A DNA stretch of 58,494 nt, from contig MHWB01000002.1 in NCBI GenBank assembly GCA_001823925.1, positions 2,376 through 60,869 of the forward strand. Direction: 5' to 3'. The position numbers were made by a program, and so were the translations under genes. The notes beneath the pieces were generated by a model. That model did not search any database. It had not been told where the DNA came from and saw nothing but the letters and a program-made list of their open reading frames with translations. The DNA is from Candidatus Zambryskibacteria bacterium RIFCSPLOWO2_01_FULL_39_39. Its GTDB lineage: Bacteria > Patescibacteriota > Minisyncoccia > Phycocordibacterales > WO2-35-19. Each line of letters begins with the position of its first letter. The stretch's first letter is position 1. This document shows, one piece after another, positions 8,807 through 17,694 of this stretch.

Positions 8807-10014
8807 TATTTTAATGCCAAAAAGGCGTTTACAAAATGTATAGCGATGCCGCCAAAATTTGAATATGGTTTGAAAGCACTGTTGATATCTTTGACTTGTT
8901 TTTCAAAATATTTTTTGGGAGTGTTGTGAAAAGTGATGTATGGAGGAGGGACTTGTCCGGTCTCTTGGGCGATAATGATCTTGGTACGGTATCCGCCACT
9001 TTTTGCTGTTTCTATCTCGTTTTTTGATATCTCTATTGAGCCGTCATCGCCACCAGCAAAATTTCTGTAGGACATTATAATGATGGAGCTATCTCTCCTT
9101 CTCTCTAAAATATTTAGTAAATGTTTGAATACATAATCTTTTTTTCCATTGTATGAAAATTTGGGAGTCATCTCGTCTTTTTTGTCATAAAAATCTGGTA
9201 TGACCACAGAAAACCTGAGGGTATCATCGCCCAAAAAGTATTCTGTCTGGTCTACCAGTTTAACAAAATTTTTCAAAATATTGGCTTTACTCTCATCACT
9301 CTCGTTGTATGAATCTAAAAGGTATGGCTCGACATCATATTGAAAACCTCTAAATTTATTTTTGCGTTCAGCATTAAAATTTTTGATGTAGTTTACAACA
9401 GCAAAAGCTTTATAGACATTGTCATCCTCGGCCCAGTTGCGCCAACCAGCTTCGGCGTCTACTGTCATACCCTTTTTGTTGGCGCGGATAATAAAGTCTT
9501 CCAATATATTTCCGAAAACTTTTTTCTGCCTTTCTCTTTCTTCGCCTTTTGGCATTACAAATATATCTAAGTAGCTATCAATAGAGACATACATAGTGTT
9601 TACTCCATCCTTTTTTGCTTGAGAGAGTATAGACTCTATATACTGTGGAGTCATATTCATGATAGGTGTCCAAATCCAACTGCCGTATTCTTTGGTGTCT
9701 TCTGTTTTTTCTGATGTCGTAAATGTTTTGATGGCTCTAACTACTGTAGCTATTTGGTTAGAGAAAAATGAAGAATTTGTCTTTGTATTATTTATATCAA
9801 AAGCAATGTTTTTAAATTCTGGGTTGGTAGCAATCGCGTTTGCGTTTATATGATTATCAGAGTATTGGGATATTTTGGTATCTATTTGGTTTTGGTGGGG
9901 GACAAAATTTCCGCCTTCCACAAAAACAAATAACAAAATTATTGCGCTTGAAAAAAACACCAAACCCATAGCAAAAAATTTTTTGCTATTTTTATTTTTT
10001 ACTTTATTTCTCAC
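8806..10014 (-). CDS. Membrane-anchored exported protein, putative glycoside-hydrolase-like TIM barrel
   Basis: Start moved to GTG 10014 (TATAAT 6 nt upstream) because the longer ORF runs into tRNA-Val. N-terminal TM helix; GFQYDVEPY, IIMSYR and GGIAIH motifs. Confidence 0.55.
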   Translation of the reverse strand: MRNKVKNKNSKKFFAMGLVFFSSAIILLFVFVEGGNFVPHQNQIDTKISQYSDNHINANAIATNPEFKNIAFDINNTKTNSSFFSNQIATVVRAIKTFTTSEKTEDTKEYGSWIWTPIMNMTPQYIESILSQAKKDGVNTMYVSIDSYLDIFVMPKGEERERQKKVFGNILEDFIIRANKKGMTVDAEAGWRNWAEDDNVYKAFAVVNYIKNFNAERKNKFRGFQYDVEPYLLDSYNESDESKANILKNFVKLVDQTEYFLGDDTLRFSVVIPDFYDKKDEMTPKFSYNGKKDYVFKHLLNILERRRDSSIIIMSYRNFAGGDDGSIEISKNEIETAKSGGYRTKIIIAQETGQVPPPYITFHNTPKKYFEKQVKDINSAFKPYSNFGGIAIHFVNAFLALK

Positions 10015-10049
10015 TCTATTATTATAACGGAAAAATAAAACAGTGTCTG

Positions 10050-10122
10050 TGGGCGGTAGAGGATTCGAACCTCTGACATCGTCAACGTCAATGACGCGCT
10101 CTACCAACTGAGCTAACCGCCC
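10050..10122 (-). tRNA. tRNA-Val(GAC)
   Basis: GGGCGGTTAGCTCAGTTGGTAGAGC..., anticodon arm CGTCA-TTGACGT-TGACG, GTTCGAATCC, acceptor end ACCGCCC-A. Confidence 0.95.
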
Positions 10123-10219
10123 TTAGATTATTTCTAAATTTAGCAGATTTTTAATTGAACATCAATTTTATATAAAAAATGTCCCCACGGAATGTAGTCG
10201 TGGGGATCTGGTGAGTCGC

Positions 10220-10882
10220 TCATTTTTTGAATGTGATCTTGCAACCACTCCATCTGAGGTATTTGACGACGAAGATTGCAAAAATCCCAGCTACGACGAG
10301 TTTAACTGTCCTCGATTCGGGTACTTCTTCGGGTGGAGGAGGAGTGTCTCTCTTCTCGTATCCCAAGATGAGTTTTGCCGAGAAAGCTAATCCCCCTTGG
10401 CAAATCCAGACGTCTGCTGGGCAACCTGTCGGAAGCGCATCCATCCTAATCTGGTTGCTACCTACGAGGATGTAAGAGAGTAAATCCCAGTATTCTCGCT
10501 CTCCCGAATCCACGCGTGACAGGTAATTTCCATTTACGTATGGGTGGACGTTCGTTGTGTGCGCCGCTTGTACTTCAAGCGAAGCAGACACAAGAAAGTA
10601 ATTGAGAAGTAAACTCGGTGGACTACTGAAGTCAAAGAATCCACTCCATGGCCCATCTCTATCTATCTCGATGTAGCTGGTCTCGTCGATGGGCGATGGT
10701 CTCCGAGGAGTTTCTAGCACATTAATGATCCTCGCCGTTAGGTTGTCTTCACCGATTGCTGAAAGATCGACCTGATTTTCGTCTGTCACCATAACAATGC
10801 TCACAACTGTTGCTCCTGCTATTTTTGCGCCGATGACAAAAACAATCAGCATTGCCAAAAGCCACCACAGAGTTTTTTTCAT
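10220..10882 (-). CDS. Secreted protein with a degenerate PEP-CTERM-like tail
   Basis: Signal peptide; C-terminal PPPPEE-VPES-RT, then a hydrophobic helix and basic residues. Confidence 0.6.
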   Translation of the reverse strand: MKKTLWWLLAMLIVFVIGAKIAGATVVSIVMVTDENQVDLSAIGEDNLTARIINVLETPRRPSPIDETSYIEIDRDGPWSGFFDFSSPPSLLLNYFLVSASLEVQAAHTTNVHPYVNGNYLSRVDSGEREYWDLLSYILVGSNQIRMDALPTGCPADVWICQGGLAFSAKLILGYEKRDTPPPPEEVPESRTVKLVVAGIFAIFVVKYLRWSGCKITFKK

Positions 10883-10987
10883 CCGTTTCCTCCAATTCCT
10901 CTGTCAATCTATCATAAAAAAAGTAAAAAGTAAATATAAAAAAAGAGGCACCCGTGGGTGCCCCTGTACTACTTGCCGACCTTGCGT

Positions 10988-11662
10988 CTACCGCTTGTTC
11001 TTGATGTTGTGCCTGAACAGGCCGAGAACGAGGAAGCCAACGCCCATCAGAGCGTAGGTACCGGGTTCGGGGACAGAGCTGATTTGACCTGCCCAGATTC
11101 CTCCCATGGGGCCTCCGTCAATCTGGTAGACATCCATTTTGAGGGTGTTAACCCCTTGGGTCAGATAGGGGCTAAGGTTGATCACCCGGAATTCGCCAGG
11201 TTCGCATGCAATCTGCCCATCGGCGCAGGCGCCGTCTTGCACTGGGTTTGGCACCATCAACAACAAGTTGGTGTATAGACTGTTCGTAATATACACCCCC
11301 ATTGTGTCGTCAGCACCAAAGATTGCATTGCCGGAATTGTTCCCGTACGGGAGCATGAAGCTCTCGTAGAAAACCACGCTTGGACCGCCGACGATCGTCG
11401 TATTCGGAAACACGATACCATTGTACCCGGTTTGGTCGTGGCCAACCCACTTACCATCTGGTAGGGTTGCTGGCCAAACACCGTTTGGTAATGTATCCCA
11501 CGCCGGGTGAGGCGTGATGAGAACGTTGGTGCCGGTCAGGTTGTTGCTCTCACCGACTCCGTCTCCGGACTCGAACGAGATAATCGCTGCGCTCGCCGTG
11601 GTGGCGAGGCAGAAAAGGGTGAGTAGAGCCAAGAGGCTCATTTTCAAAAAGCTGAAACGCAT
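10988..11662 (-). CDS. PEP-CTERM sorting domain protein
   Basis: Signal peptide ending ASAAII; C-terminal VPEPGTYALMGVGFLVLGLFRHNIKNKR; GGAGG RBS; higher GC. Confidence 0.9.
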   Translation of the reverse strand: MRFSFLKMSLLALLTLFCLATTASAAIISFESGDGVGESNNLTGTNVLITPHPAWDTLPNGVWPATLPDGKWVGHDQTGYNGIVFPNTTIVGGPSVVFYESFMLPYGNNSGNAIFGADDTMGVYITNSLYTNLLLMVPNPVQDGACADGQIACEPGEFRVINLSPYLTQGVNTLKMDVYQIDGGPMGGIWAGQISSVPEPGTYALMGVGFLVLGLFRHNIKNKR

Positions 11663-11747
11663 TTGTTCGTTTCCTCCACAAAAAGATCTCTCCTCTCCCT
11701 CCGAAATTCGGCGAAAGAAGAATCCTGAGGTTCCTCAAGACTCCTGT

Positions 11748-11775
11748 ATCATAGCACGCCTAGATTTTCTGTCAA
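11748..11775 (-). promoter_or_regulatory. Sigma70 promoter for the PEP-CTERM gene
   Basis: Minus strand TTGACA-16nt-TATGAT with a TG extended -10. Confidence 0.6.
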
Positions 11776-12141
11776 CTTGTCCGCAACTCTAGCAATTTGG
11801 GGTGAATGAAAATCCATTTTTTGGTAAATATTAAACCTGTGGATAACCTGTATAAAAGCGCCCATTTATAAGGACTAAATTTTTGTCTTTTTGACTCTTT
11901 TTTTGGGAGATCTTGTCAATAGCAAATTTTATGCTTGGTTTTTATAACTATTACGGCGCTAAAAGGTCAAAGACATTTTAAAAAAGACAATCTCGTTTTG
12001 TCTTTTGTTTCTCGTTGACGGAGCTTCTATTTAAAAATTACAATTGATATAGTCCATAGATTTTAGAGATTAGTCGGTGGTCGACTTTGCCGAATTTTTA
12101 AAAAGTTATGTTCTTTGTAGTTATTAACAATTATTAAATTA

Positions 12142-12175
12142 TCCCGTAAAAGAATTTTGATAAATTCTCACGGGA
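12142..12175. repeat. Palindromic element (CCCGT..AGAA/TTCT..ACGGG family)
   Basis: TCCCGTAAAAGAATTT-TGAT-AAATTCTCACGGGA; related copy at 17192-17223. Confidence 0.55.
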
Positions 12176-12188
12176 CAAGAAAAATTAT

Positions 12189-13355
12189 ATGAAAAAAATA
12201 TTATATAGCGCAGGATTGATTGTTTTCGTAGCTGCTTTAGCTCTAGGTGCGACAGGTGCCTTCTTTAGCGACAGCGAAACTTCAACAGGCAACATTCTTA
12301 CTGCTGGGGCGATTGATTTACAGATAGACAATGAAAGTTACGTTACAAGCACAACCACAGGATTATTGGTGGCAAGTCCTAATACAACTTGGACAATGCG
12401 TAACTTAACGGTTGAGAAGTTTTTTGACTTTGAAGATATAAAGCCGGGAGATATTGGCGAGGATACTATATCTCTACACGTAGATAACAATGATGCTTAT
12501 CTTTGTGCAGATGTAACACTTACATCAAACAATGAGAACACTCTTGTTGATCCAGAGTCAGACGATGGAGATGATACAACTGGCACAAATGGAGGTGAGC
12601 TTGCACAGCAAGTAAACTTTGCTTGGTGGGCAGATGATGGGGATAATGTTTTAGAAGAAGGTGAAAATTTATTACCAGGCGGTCCTCTTGGAAACCTTGC
12701 AATAGGAGCGACAACAACTGTTACTCTTGCTGACTCTGTTTCTAACATTTGGACAGGACAAGGTGGTCCAATCCCAGGAGCTTCTACAAGATATATTGGT
12801 AAAGCCTGGTGCTTCGGTACGATTACACCAGCTCCAGTAGCTCAAGATGGTTCTGGAAATAATGGTGAAAATGGTCCTTTGGATAGAGGTACAGGATTTA
12901 TTTGTGACGGCTCTCTTGCAAACAACACAGCTCAAACAGATAGTTTGACTGCAGACGTTGCATTTAGAGCAGTTCAGTCTAGGAATAATAGTAGATTCTT
13001 GTGTACTCCAAGCACAGCTCCTGAAACAGCAACAGTAACACTCGACAAAGTTGTTACATTTACAAATCTCGCAGTTGCTGGAGTTGACGTAAGTGACTTC
13101 ACACTTCACTTGGTCGGCCCTGGTGGTGACCATGTATTGATTGATCAGGTTCCATTTCCAGGTCTTACTCCAGGAGCATATGTTGTATCTGAGGTTTACT
13201 CAGGTGATCCAGCTAATGCAACCTCTACAGTAATATTTAGTGGTAGTTGTACAGAAATTGGAACTACAGACACAGCAACATTTAATGTAGTTTCTGGTGT
13301 AAATCCAACCTGTACAATCACAAACTCAGTTTCTACCACAACACCACAGCAGTAA
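12189..13355 (+). CDS. TasA/CalY-like protein with SipW-dependent signal peptide and C-terminal Ig-like domain
   Basis: Signal ...GATGA|FFSDSETSTGNILTAGAIDL; DIKPGDIGED core motif. Confidence 0.85.
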   Translation: MKKILYSAGLIVFVAALALGATGAFFSDSETSTGNILTAGAIDLQIDNESYVTSTTTGLLVASPNTTWTMRNLTVEKFFDFEDIKPGDIGEDTISLHVDNNDAYLCADVTLTSNNENTLVDPESDDGDDTTGTNGGELAQQVNFAWWADDGDNVLEEGENLLPGGPLGNLAIGATTTVTLADSVSNIWTGQGGPIPGASTRYIGKAWCFGTITPAPVAQDGSGNNGENGPLDRGTGFICDGSLANNTAQTDSLTADVAFRAVQSRNNSRFLCTPSTAPETATVTLDKVVTFTNLAVAGVDVSDFTLHLVGPGGDHVLIDQVPFPGLTPGAYVVSEVYSGDPANATSTVIFSGSCTEIGTTDTATFNVVSGVNPTCTITNSVSTTTPQQ

Positions 13356-13371
13356 TTAATTACCTAATTAG

Positions 13372-14604
13372 ATGAAAAAGATATTACTTAGTCTTGGGTC
13401 CATACTTTTCGCAGGGGCGATCCTTGCGGGCGCAACGAGTGCGTTTGTTATGGATACAGAAAAAAGTACTGGTAATACTTTTGCATCCGGAGTTATAGAT
13501 CTCAAAGTAGATAACGAAAGTTATGTGACGGACGAGAATGGAAAGTTGGTTTTCAGTCCTTCTACTTCTTGGGACCTCTCGGGACTGTCAGGGAAATTGT
13601 TCTTCAATTTCCTTGACATAAAGCCGGGGGATATCGGAGAAGATACAATAAGTCTCCATGTAAACAACAACAATGCTTGGGCTTGTATGAATATAAATCT
13701 TACAAGCACTCCAGAAAATGGAGTAAACGAGCCAGAGGGGTTGGTAGACAATACAGTCGGCCCAAATCAAGGAGAGTTGCAAGAACATCTTTACTTTGTT
13801 TTTTGGGCAGATGATGGAGACAATGTGTATGAAAAAGGAGAAAAGATATTCAAAAAAGGTTTGTCCAAAGATATATTCAACGGTGAGCCTTGGACACTGA
13901 CAGATTCAGAGACAAGTATTTGGGCAGGAAGTTCTGGTTACGCCTATCAAAATGGTAGCTGGAAATACAATAATACTTGCAGAAACGGTGATCCTATACC
14001 GGGAGGTTCTACTAAGTTTATAGGCAAAGCATGGTGCTTTGGAGATATAAACGAGAATCCTCTAAATCAGGATGGTAAAGGCAAAACCCCTTCGAATTCC
14101 TCAGGACAAGTGGACAATGGTCCACTTGTGAGAGGTACAGGATTTGTCTGCGAAGGCAGTGATGTGGGGAACATCGTACAGAGTGATGGTATTGGATTGG
14201 ACGTAACATTTACTGCAGTCCAATCTAGGGGCAATGAGAATTTTGTGTGTGGCGATGAAGACGAAGGAGAAGGCGGTAACGAATATTGCTCTCACGGATA
14301 CTGGAAGCAAAAGCAACACTTTGATAGTTGGGTAGGCTTCGGCCCTAATCAACAGTTCTCTTCTGTTTTTGAAAATGCTTTTCCAGGAAAGACCTTGTTG
14401 CAAGTATTGCAACTTGGAGGGGGAGGGCTAAATAGGCTCGGAAGAGAGACAGTGGGTGCACTCCTTAATGCGGGTTCCGTAGACTTCCCTCTTACCCAAG
14501 CTGAAGTTGTGAGTATGTTTAATACAACATACCCAGGCTCTCTAGACTCTTATGACACACTAACAGAAATGTTTGCTCTACCTGAAAGTTGTCCATTAAA
14601 TTAA
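13372..14604 (+). CDS. TasA/CalY-like protein with SipW-dependent signal peptide and a distinct C-terminal (GYWK..LLNA) domain
   Basis: ATSA|FVMDTEKSTGNTFASGVIDL; same KPGDIGEDTISLHV, WADDGDNV and GKAWCFG core as its neighbours. Confidence 0.85.
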   Translation: MKKILLSLGSILFAGAILAGATSAFVMDTEKSTGNTFASGVIDLKVDNESYVTDENGKLVFSPSTSWDLSGLSGKLFFNFLDIKPGDIGEDTISLHVNNNNAWACMNINLTSTPENGVNEPEGLVDNTVGPNQGELQEHLYFVFWADDGDNVYEKGEKIFKKGLSKDIFNGEPWTLTDSETSIWAGSSGYAYQNGSWKYNNTCRNGDPIPGGSTKFIGKAWCFGDINENPLNQDGKGKTPSNSSGQVDNGPLVRGTGFVCEGSDVGNIVQSDGIGLDVTFTAVQSRGNENFVCGDEDEGEGGNEYCSHGYWKQKQHFDSWVGFGPNQQFSSVFENAFPGKTLLQVLQLGGGGLNRLGRETVGALLNAGSVDFPLTQAEVVSMFNTTYPGSLDSYDTLTEMFALPESCPLN

Positions 14605-14627
14605 AAAATTAATTCCCCGGAAATTAA

Positions 14628-15998
14628 ATGAAAAAAATATTATTAAGCTCATTTCTAATACTCTTTGCTGTATCCAGCCTTGTGCTCGGAGGTACTGGCG
14701 CATTCTTCTCTGACACCGAAACCTCAAGTGGAAACACCTTTACTGCGGGAGCAATAGATTTGAAAATAGATAACACGAGTTATTACAACGGAGTGTTGAA
14801 CCAAGGTACTACGTGGTCTCTCACCGATCTTACGGACCATCTCTTTTTTGACTTTGACGATCTAAAGCCGGGTGACATTGGAGAAGATACGATCTCAATA
14901 CATGTAGACAATAATGATGCATATGTATGTGCAGAAGTTACTCTCACAAGTAATGAGGAGAATGGTATCAACAACCCAGAAGCAGAGGATCAAGATATAA
15001 CAGAAGGCCCAGGAGAAGGTGAGCTCGCTCAAAATGTAAACTTTATTTGGTGGGCGGACGATGGCGACAATGTTCTTGAGGGTGATGAGAATATAATCTC
15101 ACAAGGTCCTATAGGTAATTTGCCTCTAAACCAGCCATACACAGTTGCTCTTGCTGATTCAGGGAGCAATATATGGACTGGTATCGGTGGTCCTGTAGCA
15201 GGGAGTGATACAAAGTATATTGGCAAAGGTTGGTGCTTTGGAAATCTTTCCGTCACGCCAGTTGTGCAAGATGGAGCCATAGTTGACACAAATCCTGCAG
15301 ATGGCATACCGGATAATGGCCCAGATGCGCGAGGCGCGGGGTTTAGCTGTGATGGATCTCTTTTGGACAACACTACCCAAACAGACCTACTCACTGCTGA
15401 TATAAAATTTAGCGCAGTACAATCAAGACATAACCAGGATTTCCTTTGTGTACCAGATAAACCTCCAGTTGCTTGCGAGTTGACAGAGACTTATGCCGAT
15501 GAAGTCGCCTCTAGCGATCAAGGTTTGCGCAAGAACAATACTGCAGTAACCGCAGATAGGAGTGATACTTCTTATGCTCTAGGAGCTCCGCAGAGCTCGG
15601 GTACTCCTTATGATGCTCCAGTTGTAGCAAATTCCTTCTTCTCGCTCGGATTTCCTCTTCTTGGAAACATGGCGGAGATAATACTTTCATTCAATGACAA
15701 CTTTGTTGTAGATGGTCCGGGGAACGATCTAAAACTTTGGGAGGTGACTGGGGGTACAAGCTATCCGGATGAAAAAGTAGATGTATATGTTGGGGATTCA
15801 ACTGTTGGTCCGTGGACACAGGTAGGCGATGATGTAACCCGAGACGCAGAGATAGATCTATTTTTGGCTGGGGTGAGTCAAGCTCGCTATGTGCGCATAG
15901 TAGATGCAAGCAACCTTGCTTTATTTGAGGCTACTGCCGATGGTTACGACCTAGATGCCGTGCAAGCTCTAAATTGTATTCAGAGAGCAGAAGAATAA
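14628..15998 (+). CDS. TasA/CalY-like protein with SipW-dependent signal peptide and C-terminal beta-sandwich (discoidin/galactose-binding-like) domain
   Basis: GTGA|FFSDTETSSGNTFTAGAIDL; shared core; C-terminal DGPGNDL..ARYVRIVD..DGYDLDAV. Confidence 0.85.
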   Translation: MKKILLSSFLILFAVSSLVLGGTGAFFSDTETSSGNTFTAGAIDLKIDNTSYYNGVLNQGTTWSLTDLTDHLFFDFDDLKPGDIGEDTISIHVDNNDAYVCAEVTLTSNEENGINNPEAEDQDITEGPGEGELAQNVNFIWWADDGDNVLEGDENIISQGPIGNLPLNQPYTVALADSGSNIWTGIGGPVAGSDTKYIGKGWCFGNLSVTPVVQDGAIVDTNPADGIPDNGPDARGAGFSCDGSLLDNTTQTDLLTADIKFSAVQSRHNQDFLCVPDKPPVACELTETYADEVASSDQGLRKNNTAVTADRSDTSYALGAPQSSGTPYDAPVVANSFFSLGFPLLGNMAEIILSFNDNFVVDGPGNDLKLWEVTGGTSYPDEKVDVYVGDSTVGPWTQVGDDVTRDAEIDLFLAGVSQARYVRIVDASNLALFEATADGYDLDAVQALNCIQRAEE

Positions 15999-16037
15999 TT
16001 CTAAGATTCTGCAAATTCCATAGTTTCGCAAAATTAG

Positions 16038-17162
16038 ATGAAAAAGTTATTCAAAATCCCATACTATTTTCTTGTTGTAGGAGTTGCTTCCATAGGTTTA
16101 CTTTTGCTTGCAACTCTTTTACCAATACCCGGCAACTTGAGAGTAAAGATTGTAAAGTCGGGTTCTATGGAACCAGCCATAAAGACTGGAGGACTTGTCT
16201 TCATAAGAGAAGCTTCTAGTTACAAAATGGGAGATGTAATAACATTCGGGCAAGATACCAAGACCCAGATCCCAACTACCCACAGGATTATAGAAGAAAG
16301 TGGGGAGGGTGCTTCAAAAACATTTACTACCATGGGAGATGCCAATGATGCTCCAGATCCCAAGGAAGTAGGAGTAGGGGAGATAAGGGGTAAAGTAATA
16401 TTTTCGCTTCCTTATGCTGGGTACATACTAGATTTTGCAAAGAAGCCTATGGGGTTTCTGCTACTTGTGGGTGTGCCAGCTCTTATTATTATCTTTGAGG
16501 AGTTAATAAAAATTTGGAAAGAAATAAAAAAAATAAGAAGAAGAAAAAATGAGGAAGCCCTAGAGTATGTTTCAAGTGAGGCTTTACCAATAGAATTGGA
16601 AAGAAATGTTCAATCAGTGTATAGAGAAGGTAATGTGCTAGATTTGCGGGCTAAATTTGAACAAAAATCTAGAGAGGGTTTGTCTTTCAGGAGAAGAGAC
16701 ACTTCAGACTTTGGACTCAAAGTTGTGAGTATTCTTCTCTTGGCCATAGTCCCTCTCCTCGGTTTCGGTAGTGTGGGTAGTACTGTTTCTTACTACAACG
16801 AAAGCGAAGTCTCTCTCGGTAATATTTTGCAAGCGGGTAGTAATTATAAAAATTTTACAGAGAATAATCTGAGGGTGAATAATGATGAAGAGGTTGTACT
16901 TGGAGTTTCTGTTGAGACCTCTCTCTCTGAAGTTTCGGAAGATCTAGCACCTAGTGAGGTAGAAGAAAATAAAATTGAGGAAGAATCAGAAGAACAGGTT
17001 GTAGAAGAGAGTGAAGAAGTCGTAGAAGAAGAACTAAATGAAGAAAATACTAACACAGAAGTAGAATTAGAAGACACCGAAGATGAAAACGTAACAGAAA
17101 GTAATGCAGTAGAGGAAGAACAAGAAATAGTGGAGCCGACTCCGGTAACAATTTCAGAATAG
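16038..17162 (+). CDS. sipW: SipW-type (ER/archaeal-type) signal peptidase I with a long C-terminal extension
   Basis: VKSGSMEP (Ser), THRI (His), TMGDANDAPD; extension has an extra hydrophobic segment, a SipW-like cleavage motif and a Glu-rich tail. Confidence 0.88.
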   Translation: MKKLFKIPYYFLVVGVASIGLLLLATLLPIPGNLRVKIVKSGSMEPAIKTGGLVFIREASSYKMGDVITFGQDTKTQIPTTHRIIEESGEGASKTFTTMGDANDAPDPKEVGVGEIRGKVIFSLPYAGYILDFAKKPMGFLLLVGVPALIIIFEELIKIWKEIKKIRRRKNEEALEYVSSEALPIELERNVQSVYREGNVLDLRAKFEQKSREGLSFRRRDTSDFGLKVVSILLLAIVPLLGFGSVGSTVSYYNESEVSLGNILQAGSNYKNFTENNLRVNNDEEVVLGVSVETSLSEVSEDLAPSEVEENKIEEESEEQVVEESEEVVEEELNEENTNTEVELEDTEDENVTESNAVEEEQEIVEPTPVTISE

Positions 17163-17191
17163 TAAGATAAAAATTTCTTAAATAAAACTTG

Positions 17192-17223
17192 ACCCCGTTA
17201 GAATTTAATATTTCTAGCGGGGT
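17192..17223. repeat. Palindromic element downstream of sipW
   Basis: ACCCCGTTAGAA-8nt-TTCTAGCGGGGT. Confidence 0.65.
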
Positions 17224-17256
17224 TGACATTTGGTGAACAGTGATTAGAATTCCATA

Positions 17257-17358
17257 TACATAAAACCCAGAATGGGTGCTAGATCACTCCCGTGATCCTG
17301 AGTTTATCGAAGGATTTTACGGGATTTCCCCGATCCAGCGCCCATTCTGGGTTTTTTG
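17257..17358 (+). ncRNA. Candidate structured small RNA (long hairpin)
   Basis: TTGACA(17223)-16nt-TAGAAT upstream; arms AAAACCCAGAATGGGTGCTAGATC / GATCCAGCGCCCATTCTGGGTTTT with a nested stem; ends in a T-run. Confidence 0.35.
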
Positions 17359-17555
17359 GAATTCAGATAAGACTTCTTTAATGACATAATTATAACAAAC
17401 TAAAGTCAATTTAAGCAATTCACATCTGGGTGTTGACATCGCTACCGATTCTTCTAGGATGAAAGTGTTACTAGAGTGGTCTTCTTTTGGGGAAAAGGAG
17501 GGCAAAATGAAGACGGTAATGTTTCCCCATTTTTTCGCACAAAAAAATAATTTGT

Positions 17556-17656
17556 CAAACAAAGTAGCCGCTTCGCGAGAGATTTCGCTTGAAGCGGCTA
17601 TTTTGTTTGGTCGATACTTCTCCGCTTCAGAGCTTATGCATACTGAAGCGGGGAAG
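17556..17656. repeat. Two tandem hairpins sharing CCGCTTC...GAAGCGG arms
   Basis: 17556-17609 and 17617-17656, upstream of the repeat-protein cluster. Confidence 0.6.
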
Positions 17657-17694
17657 GAAAAATAATTTATTAAAAATTAATTGTAATAAAAGAT

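Noticed and set aside
10015-10107. N-terminal extension of the 433-aa ORF
   Set aside because: Overlaps tRNA-Val; a GTG start at 10014 with TATAAT just upstream is more plausible.
11830-11850. DnaA-box-like sequences (also ~34367 and ~46418) as an origin of replication
   Set aside because: Isolated single boxes, no cluster, no dnaA/dnaN nearby.
17257-17358. Hairpin as SRP RNA or 6S RNA
   Set aside because: No SRP domain IV motif or GNRA loop, and too short without a central bubble for 6S; kept only as an unassigned candidate.
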